DNA from: Gemmatimonadota bacterium
GTDB taxonomy: Bacteria; Gemmatimonadota; Gemmatimonadetes; Gemmatimonadales; GWC2-71-9
Direction: 5' to 3'
Assembly (NCBI GenBank): GCA_039588295.1
Contig: JBDHAB010000001.1
Location: 423,338-487,337, forward strand
Length of the DNA stretch: 64,000 bases
How positions within the stretch are numbered: position 1 is the first letter of the stretch; every line of letters starts with the position of its first letter. A program made the translations under genes and the position numbers. Of this stretch, positions 19,617 to 27,150 are shown one piece after another. The notes beneath the pieces are model-generated. The model did not search any database. It was not told where the DNA came from and worked only from the letters and a program-made list of their open reading frames with translations.

Positions 19617-19892
19617 GGTAGCTGTTCCTCCACTATCGGCACCATGTTGCTGACAGATCCGGTGGTGTCTCGCTCCAACCTTGGGGTGTCATGCGAGGTC
19701 ATAGTCGAGTGTAAGCGTGTGCCGGCCGCAACGGGCTGGCGCGGGGGCAGGGACGATTGCATCGCGTAGCGAAGCATGTCACTGTCCAGCGAAGGTTTCC
19801 ATCTCAACCAGAAGCTCGGGAAACACGAGAGGGTTGACGCCGAGCAAAGACTGGGGAGGACGGGTCCGCGCCTCTCCATTTCACAAGGACGC

Positions 19893-20678
19893 TCATGATC
19901 GCCGGTTCAGGATTTCTTTGCGCAGGATGTTCCTGAACCGCCCCTTGCTCACGTAATGATCGGACAGCAGCTTGCCGTTCCACACCAGGTTAAAGACACC
20001 GTAATAGGAAGGAGCATGTTGCGCTTCTTCCGGACTGTCGAGCACCGTGACATTCAGTTCGAGTCCGTGTTCGGCCGCCATCTCTGAGAGGTCGCTCACC
20101 GACTTCGGCAGCATGGGACATTGAGCGCCGTAAACGATGTGCAGGCCCTTGTACCGTGCCAGGTTGGCGGTGATGTCGCGGAAGCGCGGTGCGGGGCCTT
20201 CTTCCAGCCGGTGAATGACAAGCTCGAACCGATCGGCCTGTGCTATCGGCTCGAATCCGTTGTTGAGAAACACTTGCCTGCCTGCCATCCACGGGCCCTC
20301 GCTCACCATCGCTGCGACCCCTCTGACGCCCACCTGTCGGGCTTCCTCTACGCAGGCTTGGATCAAGCGGCTCCCGAGCCCGCCCACCTTTTGCCCTGCG
20401 GAATAGACCCACAGGCAATGCACAAACAGCCAGCCTTTGGCGTCCACCGGCCGCCAGGCGTATTCGCCCGGCACGTATTCGAGGAACGCCAACGGCTTGC
20501 CCTTGCCGTCACGGAACAGCAGAAAGCGCAGGCCCTCGGCGAACCGCTCTTGTAGCCATTCGACTTTGGGATCATGGCCAAGATGCTTCGGATTCGTGAT
20601 GCAGCCGATGCCGCACGGCGCCAGGTTTCCAGGACCGACCTTTTCCAGGGTAGCCTCAGGCATTCGTTGCTGCTTCAT
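19893..20678 (-). CDS. GNAT acetyltransferase with YoaP-like C-terminal domain
   Basis: EYVPGEYAWRPV, HCLWV, GLGSRL, QCP, APSYYGVF. Confidence 0.85.
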   Translation of the reverse strand: MKQQRMPEATLEKVGPGNLAPCGIGCITNPKHLGHDPKVEWLQERFAEGLRFLLFRDGKGKPLAFLEYVPGEYAWRPVDAKGWLFVHCLWVYSAGQKVGGLGSRLIQACVEEARQVGVRGVAAMVSEGPWMAGRQVFLNNGFEPIAQADRFELVIHRLEEGPAPRFRDITANLARYKGLHIVYGAQCPMLPKSVSDLSEMAAEHGLELNVTVLDSPEEAQHAPSYYGVFNLVWNGKLLSDHYVSKGRFRNILRKEILNRRS

Positions 20679-20679
20679 G

Positions 20680-21159
20680 CTACGTCCCGTCCTGAACCCA
20701 GGTCCAGCTCAGGAACAGCCACTTGCCTCCCTCCTTCACCAGCGTCGCCGTCCACCTCCCAGCAACAGACTGATCCACGCCCGCTCCAAACTTCATTGCT
20801 TCCCGGTAACGGAGGTGGACGATCGCCACGTCATGACGCAGCTGCACCGCAAGTGGCTCAACGTCGAACTCCGTGATCGTACCATTCGCGTAGAAACCCT
20901 CAATCATTGTTCTGATTTGTCGGCGACCCAGGGGTACATCCTGCTTGTAGTCCCAGCCTTGAAACTCCTCATGGAAGTAGCTCATGATCTCTTCCACATC
21001 CCCTGCAATCGATACCCGGGTGTACTCATCGAGCGCCGCAAGCACCTCTTGTTGGGCCGGCGACCATTCCTGGGCAATCAGCGACGCCGGCCTCACGACT
21101 GGAACAACGATGCTGGCCAGCACCGCACAGCCGGTGACGAGTTGTTTCATGGTACTCAT
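20680..21159 (-). CDS. Secreted NTF2/DUF4440 protein
   Basis: Signal peptide, DVAIVH, GRWTATLVKEGGKW; GGAGG RBS. Confidence 0.8.
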   Translation of the reverse strand: MSTMKQLVTGCAVLASIVVPVVRPASLIAQEWSPAQQEVLAALDEYTRVSIAGDVEEIMSYFHEEFQGWDYKQDVPLGRRQIRTMIEGFYANGTITEFDVEPLAVQLRHDVAIVHLRYREAMKFGAGVDQSVAGRWTATLVKEGGKWLFLSWTWVQDGT

Positions 21160-21194
21160 GCCTCCGTCATAGACCCCCGGTGATACCGGATTCG

Positions 21195-21362
21195 GACCAA
21201 CGGGTTGCCGCGGTTGAACGGTTCTCGGTTTTGCTGTGGGCGTCACGCCCACGGTACACGATCATCATTTCCTCGCATCAGTCTCTTGCCTTGACGCGGC
21301 AGCCGACACGCGGGCCTCCCCGAGTCGTGCGCGGCAGCGAGCTGATGAGGTGCGTGTTAGGC
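21195..21362 (-). mobile_element. Degenerate attC-like region
   Basis: Perfect GCCTAAC 8 nt after the upstream stop; candidate right core GTTGGTC at 21195-21201; pairing uncertain. Confidence 0.45.
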
Positions 21363-21370
21363 AGCGGCGG

Positions 21371-21538
21371 TCAGGACGCCTGTTTGCCTTTGTAGACAGT
21401 GACAAGCCCCTTGATGATGAAGAAGGTCCCGAGGCCGTCAAAGAAGAGGTTGAAAAGGCTGAAATCGCCCAAGAAGACGGATCCGCCAAAGAAGAGACCG
21501 ATGGCGATCAGAACCACACCCGTGATGATATCCCGCAC
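21371..21538 (-). CDS. Small two-TM membrane protein (55 aa, missing from the ORF track)
   Basis: GTG start after GGGAGG; MRDIITGVVLIAIGLFFGGSVFLGDFSLFNLFFDGLGTFFIIKGLVTVYKGKQAS*. Confidence 0.7.
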   Translation of the reverse strand: MRDIITGVVLIAIGLFFGGSVFLGDFSLFNLFFDGLGTFFIIKGLVTVYKGKQAS

Positions 21539-21612
21539 TTGGAGCCCTCCCTGAGGTAGACGGTTCGTGCTATGGTTTCCGCGCTACGTCACGCTGCCGG
21601 CTGACGTCGGTA

Positions 21613-21706
21613 GCCGAACGTGCACAGTTTCCCGATGGCGCACAACCCACCGGCTTTCAGTCAGACGAACGGGCCCGTGCTCGCCAGGTCCTCACACGTG
21701 TTTGGC
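21613..21706 (-). mobile_element. Degenerate attC-like site at the 5' end of the array
   Basis: GCAGCCAAAC..GTTCGGCTAC, ends complementary at 8 of 10 positions. Confidence 0.45.
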
Positions 21707-21851
21707 TGCCCGTTTCGACGGCGGCGAACGAGCTCGTTGGCGATAGGCCGCTGGAATAGGAGACGCACCACCCGCAAGCCGCGTGCTCGCTTGACGGTGG
21801 CTTGACGCACTTTCGAGACCTTGTCCGCAGGCGCCGACAAGGTGTTCCGAC

Positions 21852-24071
21852 GTGCGATTCCCGAGGCTGTTCGCTGCTCATGCGCTGACCAATACCTCAG
21901 GTCCCTTCGCGTTCGCGTGGGTCCGCAGGGCCATTCTGGCCGGGTGGTTGGCGGCGATGGTCGTGGCCGTCGGCGTCGGCGTCTTCGGATTTCGCATCGA
22001 CAACTCCGTTGGGGTGTGGTTCGCGGCGGATGATCCCGCGCTCGCGGACTATCGCCGCTTTCTGACGGATTTCGGGAACCGCGAGTGGATACTCGTGGCC
22101 CTGGAGCGCCACCCTGCCAATCGTCACGCTCGGGTCGCCGGTCGGGATGCGCTGGTCGCGACGCTGGGGCAGATGGATCATGTGCACCGGGTCCTCTCGT
22201 CCTCGGACTTCCCGGAGGAAAGTGATCTCGTCCGGAAGTTCCTGAAGCCGAACACGGAGAGTCCCTACGAGGCGCTGCTGCTCCAAGTCACCAACGACAT
22301 CGAGACGCAGGACGGATATCGCGAGGCGCTCGTCACCGAGATCCGGCGGGTCGCGCAGGCGTTTCCGACCATCGACAACGTACATGTTGCGGGTACGGCG
22401 GTGATCAACGGAGAGCTGAACCGTGCCGCCCGTCGGGACATGTTCCTCTTTTTCCCGGTCGTCGCCCTGTTCGTTGCCCTCTTGGGAGGCGTGATCTTCC
22501 GCAACGCGCGCGACACAGCCGTTCTGCTCAGCGTGTCGCTCGGGACGGTCGTCGGCACTGAAAGTCTTCTCATCGGCATTGGGTACCCGCTGAATATGAT
22601 CACCATCATGCTGCCGACGGTGCTCATCGCCCTCTCGGTGGCCGATGCGGTTCATCTGATCCATGCCTTTCACACCTTCCGCGCGAGCGTGGGAGACGCT
22701 GCGTCTGCCACCACCCGGGCGGTGAAGTCCATCGCCTGGCCCTGCGCCGGCACCAGTCTGACGACCATCGCGGGTTTCCTCGCCTTCTCCGGAAGCGACG
22801 TTCTCCCGGTCTTCCAGCTGGCGGTCTTTGGTGCGGTCGGCATCGCGATGGCCTGGGTGCTGACAATGACCGTCGCACCTGTCCTCCTCACGGTGCTGTG
22901 GCGGGAAACCCGGCGCCCGGAGCTCCCGGCTGCGGCGCTGGGGGAGCGACTCCTCGGACAGTGGTGGCGGTTTGCCGACCGGCACCCCCGCTGGATCGTT
23001 GCCGCGTTCTCGGTGGCAGCTGTCTTGTTGGTCGGCTTGGTGTCGTTGCGGGCCGATACGGACTACGTGAAGTTCTTCCGATCCGGGACCAGGGTTCCAC
23101 AGGACTACCAGGTGCTCCAGCGGGAGGGATTTCCCCAGAACCCACTCAACCTCGTACTCCGGTTGCCGGCGGGCGAATCCCCCCTCTCGCCGGAGTACTT
23201 GAGTCCCCTGCGGTCGTTTGCCAGCAGCTTGGAGACGCTTCCCGGTGTGCAATCGGTGCTGTCTCCGTTCGTCATGGCGAACGCGCCGGCTGCCATGGGC
23301 GACCAAGCGGCGAGCCACGGCGGCATGCTCTCCCGCCAGTCGGACCAGCTGCAGTTCGTCGTGATGATGGATCACACGAGCAGCCAAGAACTCTTCAAGC
23401 TGCTCCCGGAGATTCGGGCGTTGGCCCGGCGAGTCCTTCCGTCCGAAATGCGCCTGATCCCCACCGGGACCTCTCTCCTCTGGGCCCGCATGGACGACGG
23501 TGTCATCCGCACACAGAGGCAATCGTTGCTCATCGTGTCCGTGGTGTGCTTCGGCATTCTCGCCGTGCTGTTCCGCTCTCTCTGGTTGGCCGCGCTCGGT
23601 CTGGTGTTCAGCCTTTATCCGGTGGCCATGGTCCTGGGTCTGATGGGCCTGTGGCGTATCCCGGTGAACATCGCGACGGTGCTCATCGCCGGGATCGCTG
23701 TAGGGCTCGCCGTGGACGACACGATCCACGTCGTCCACACGTTCCAGGAGCTGCGCCGGCGGGGCATGGACCGCAGCAAAGCCTGTGAGGAGACCCTGGT
23801 CGCGGTGGGTCTGCGGATGGTGATGACGTCGTGCATTCTGGTGGGGTCGTTCGCCATCATGGGGCTCTCCGACTTCATGCCCACCTCGCAGTTCGGGCTT
23901 CTCAGCTCGCTCACCATCGTGCTGGCCCTCGCGGCGGACGCGACGCTTCTCCCCGTCGTTCTGGCGTGGCGCCGTCGAGAACCCGCTGGACAGCGCCGCA
24001 CCGATCGCGCACTGGCGGAGACCGTCGATGCCGACCCCGGGCTCTCGAGCCCAACTGCATGGGGAGGCTGA
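21852..24071 (+). CDS. MMPL/RND family transporter
   Basis: Two repeats of TM plus periplasmic loop plus TM bundle; SVADAVH, TTIAGF, GLAVDDTIH. Confidence 0.9.
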   Translation: MRFPRLFAAHALTNTSGPFAFAWVRRAILAGWLAAMVVAVGVGVFGFRIDNSVGVWFAADDPALADYRRFLTDFGNREWILVALERHPANRHARVAGRDALVATLGQMDHVHRVLSSSDFPEESDLVRKFLKPNTESPYEALLLQVTNDIETQDGYREALVTEIRRVAQAFPTIDNVHVAGTAVINGELNRAARRDMFLFFPVVALFVALLGGVIFRNARDTAVLLSVSLGTVVGTESLLIGIGYPLNMITIMLPTVLIALSVADAVHLIHAFHTFRASVGDAASATTRAVKSIAWPCAGTSLTTIAGFLAFSGSDVLPVFQLAVFGAVGIAMAWVLTMTVAPVLLTVLWRETRRPELPAAALGERLLGQWWRFADRHPRWIVAAFSVAAVLLVGLVSLRADTDYVKFFRSGTRVPQDYQVLQREGFPQNPLNLVLRLPAGESPLSPEYLSPLRSFASSLETLPGVQSVLSPFVMANAPAAMGDQAASHGGMLSRQSDQLQFVVMMDHTSSQELFKLLPEIRALARRVLPSEMRLIPTGTSLLWARMDDGVIRTQRQSLLIVSVVCFGILAVLFRSLWLAALGLVFSLYPVAMVLGLMGLWRIPVNIATVLIAGIAVGLAVDDTIHVVHTFQELRRRGMDRSKACEETLVAVGLRMVMTSCILVGSFAIMGLSDFMPTSQFGLLSSLTIVLALAADATLLPVVLAWRRREPAGQRRTDRALAETVDADPGLSSPTAWGG

Positions 24072-24072
24072 C

Positions 24073-27000
24073 ATGACGGACCCCTGGACCGGATCCACTT
24101 CCTATGCGGCCTACTGCCGCCCGAAGCTCTCGGGCCTCCTCGAGAGCCTGGGCCTCAATGTGGTGTTCACCAAGGCCCGGGGAGCCTACTTGTACGTGAG
24201 GGATGATGACGGGAACGAGGTGAGGGTGCTGGACCTCGTCGGTGGGTTCGGAGCCGGACTGCTGGGGCATAACAACCCCGAACTGAAAGAGCTTCTCAAG
24301 TCCGAGCTGGATGCGGACGTTCCGTTTCTCGTCCAGAGCTCCGAGCGTCGGGAAGCGGGCCGACTGGCCGAAAAGCTCAACCGGGTGCTGCCGACCCGAA
24401 CGCGATACCTGTGTCACCTGACCAATAGCGGCGCTGAGGCCGTCGAGGCGGCTTTGAAGCACGCGTACAAGGTGCGGTTCGATGCTCTCCGACGTCAGTT
24501 CGATCGCATCTCGCGGGACATCGAGCGGTTCTTCCACGCAACGGAGAGGGACCACCCGGACATCGAGATTCCGGGACACGACCGGGACCTCGGCAAGTTC
24601 CGTGACGATCTGGACGAACACAACCTTGCCCAATTCGAGCGCTTTCGGCAGAGGCCCGTGGTGCTGGCGTTCAAGGGCTCGTTCCACGGTAAGACCGCTA
24701 CGGCGCTCAAAGTCACATTCAACAAGACCTATCGGGAGGGGTTCGAAGGGCTGTCGGCCGTTCGTCCGGAGTTCATCGACTTTGCGGATGTCGGACGTCT
24801 CGACGAGATCCAGCGGGGCCACCAGATCGAATTCGTGGTGCCCAGGGTCGAGGACGGGCGGATCGTCGTGGAGAAGGTGTCCTCCACCAGGATCGTCGCG
24901 CTGTGCGTCGAGATCATCCAGGGCGAAGGCGGCATTCGGCCCATTCCGGACGCGGTCCTGCAGGATCTCGCCGTCCAGCGTGATCGCCTGACCATCCCGT
25001 ACCTCATCGACGAAATCCAGACGGGTTGCGGACGCACGGGCTCGTTTGTCGCCTACGGCGCCGGTCCTCTGCGGGAGATCGATCCCGAGTACGTGACCCT
25101 GAGCAAGGCGCTGGGCGGAGGGTTGGTGAAGATCGGAGCGGCCCTCATCCGGGAGGACATCTACGACCAGGATTTCGGGATCCTCCACACCTCGACGTTT
25201 GCCGAAGACGAAGTGGGGTGCATGGTCGCCAATCGGGTCGTGGACATCCTCACCCGTGACGACAACCGATTCATGAACGAGGTGGCCGAGAAGGGAGAAT
25301 ACCTCCTCGCCGGTTTGCGAACGCTCCAAGAGAGGTATCCCGACGTCGTCCGCGAGGTCCGGGGCCGGGGTCTCATGATCGGTGTGGAGTTCACCGACTT
25401 GGAGGACAAAGGTCCGCTGTTTCGGTTTGGCGTGCGCCAGGGATTCCTCTCCCTGCTCGTTGCCAGCTACCTGCTGCACCATCACCGGATTCGCCTGCTA
25501 GCTCCGGTGACGACGCTCATGAAGGGGAATCCTGGCAAGAAGCGGCTGTCCGTCCTGCGGATCCAGCCGGCCGCGGACATTGCTCGGGAGGACATGGACC
25601 ACGTCCTGAGCGCGTTAGACGAGGTCTTCCAGGTCATCTCCCGAAACAACGATGGTGTCCTGGTCGGCCACTTGGTTGGAGTGCCCGTGTCGGTCGCGGA
25701 ACGAAAAGTCCCGCTTTGGGTGGACGTTGCGCATCCGCTGATTGATCGACGGGTGGATTTCGACGCCCGTGTAGGATTCGTCGTTCACCCCGCGCATCTC
25801 GAGCAGGTGCTCCGCTACTACTTCCCGAGCCTCGAGGGGCGGGTCGAGCACGAGCGACTGGCGATCTGGTGGTCACAGTTGGCCAGATTCCTCGAGCCGG
25901 ACGTGATCCACACCGATTACATCAGCTCCGACGGCTTCGTGGTCGAAGTCAACTTCGTCTCGGTTCCGTACCTGCCACGCCATCTCGTCGAGGTCTACAC
26001 CAAGGGCAGACGCATGCCCGATCCCAAGCGCCTTGACCTGCTGCGACTACAGGAGATTCAAGACAAGATCCAGGATGCCGTGACCACGGCCAAGGAACTG
26101 GGGGACGATCACATTCCGACCGCGATGGTTGGTCTGGGTGCCTACACGTCGATCGTCACCGATCGTGGAACCACCGTCAACGACTACGAGGTACCCGTCA
26201 CGACGGGTAATGCCTACACGGCCGGCCTGATGGTGCAGGGCATTCTGAAAGCGGCGGAACTCCAGCACATCGCGTTGGCGGACGCGAAAACGGCGGTGGT
26301 GGGAGCCGCCGGGAACATCGGGTCGGTGTTGGCGGCCATCCTCTCCAGCCATGTGGGGAGCTTGAAGCTCATCGGCCGAGAATCCGGCGACGGTGTCCGG
26401 CGGCTGCGAAGGACCCGCCTGCAGTGTCTTCTCTACCTGGCCCGCAAGGCGCGCGAGCAGTTCCGCGAAACGGGTTCGCTGCACGATGTCAGGGTTGGGG
26501 GACTCGGCGACCGCATTCTCCGAGACATCGTGCTTCCGGGACTGCGCTCTTCCGAAAGCGCCCCGGTTTGGGAGCGCACGGAAGATTGGCTGCGAGGAAA
26601 GGATGAGGATGTACGCGAGCTGGGAAGCCTGCTGGAGAACGCCCTCGATCGACAGGGTGGCATGGAGAACAATGCGTACATCTCGATCCACGTGTCGGTG
26701 CAGGCGGTCCGGGATTGTGACGTGGTCACCATTGCGACGAACTCGCCGGAAGGTCGTCTCATTACGCCCGAGCTCGTGAAGAAGGGTGCGGTGGTCTCGT
26801 GTGCGTCGGTGCCGTCGAACCTCAGCGTGGCCTTTAAGGATCATCTGGAGGAGTATCTCGTCTTTGACGGAGGCTACGCCCGTCTGCCCGAAGATCACGA
26901 AATCCATTGCATCGGGCTGCCCGAGAATGGGATGACCCCCGGCTGTCTCAGTGAAACCATCCTGCTCGGGTTCGAGGGACTGAACGGTTCCTTCGCCAGG

Positions 27001-27150
27001 GGAGCCATCGAGCCGGCGCAGGTGGATCAGGCCCTGGGAATGGCCGAGCAGTATGGCTTTGCGCTGGGTGATTTCAAGCTGAACGGAACAGCCTTCCTCG
27101 AGGGCGCTCTTTCGGGGAACGGGAATGGAACGAAAGGACAGAAACCATGA
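24073..27150 (+). CDS. Class III PLP aminotransferase fused to a C-terminal acyl-ACP/thioester reductase-like domain
   Basis: NSGAEAVEAALK, SFHGKT, QGEGG, DEIQTGCGRTG, LSKALGGG; then GFVVHP, GLGAYTSIVT, TTGNAYT, GAAGNIG, GCLSETILL. Confidence 0.88.
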   Translation: MTDPWTGSTSYAAYCRPKLSGLLESLGLNVVFTKARGAYLYVRDDDGNEVRVLDLVGGFGAGLLGHNNPELKELLKSELDADVPFLVQSSERREAGRLAEKLNRVLPTRTRYLCHLTNSGAEAVEAALKHAYKVRFDALRRQFDRISRDIERFFHATERDHPDIEIPGHDRDLGKFRDDLDEHNLAQFERFRQRPVVLAFKGSFHGKTATALKVTFNKTYREGFEGLSAVRPEFIDFADVGRLDEIQRGHQIEFVVPRVEDGRIVVEKVSSTRIVALCVEIIQGEGGIRPIPDAVLQDLAVQRDRLTIPYLIDEIQTGCGRTGSFVAYGAGPLREIDPEYVTLSKALGGGLVKIGAALIREDIYDQDFGILHTSTFAEDEVGCMVANRVVDILTRDDNRFMNEVAEKGEYLLAGLRTLQERYPDVVREVRGRGLMIGVEFTDLEDKGPLFRFGVRQGFLSLLVASYLLHHHRIRLLAPVTTLMKGNPGKKRLSVLRIQPAADIAREDMDHVLSALDEVFQVISRNNDGVLVGHLVGVPVSVAERKVPLWVDVAHPLIDRRVDFDARVGFVVHPAHLEQVLRYYFPSLEGRVEHERLAIWWSQLARFLEPDVIHTDYISSDGFVVEVNFVSVPYLPRHLVEVYTKGRRMPDPKRLDLLRLQEIQDKIQDAVTTAKELGDDHIPTAMVGLGAYTSIVTDRGTTVNDYEVPVTTGNAYTAGLMVQGILKAAELQHIALADAKTAVVGAAGNIGSVLAAILSSHVGSLKLIGRESGDGVRRLRRTRLQCLLYLARKAREQFRETGSLHDVRVGGLGDRILRDIVLPGLRSSESAPVWERTEDWLRGKDEDVRELGSLLENALDRQGGMENNAYISIHVSVQAVRDCDVVTIATNSPEGRLITPELVKKGAVVSCASVPSNLSVAFKDHLEEYLVFDGGYARLPEDHEIHCIGLPENGMTPGCLSETILLGFEGLNGSFARGAIEPAQVDQALGMAEQYGFALGDFKLNGTAFLEGALSGNGNGTKGQKP

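Noticed and set aside
21540..21850. attI site, Pc promoter or intI remnant
   Set aside because: No recombinase motifs; the GTT core at 21613 pairs with a box at 21700 like an attC, and no convincing promoter was found
21897..25485. Long antisense ORFs (733 and 524 aa; similar ones at 29532 and 45526)
   Set aside because: Shadows of real high-GC genes on the opposite strand, with no motifs
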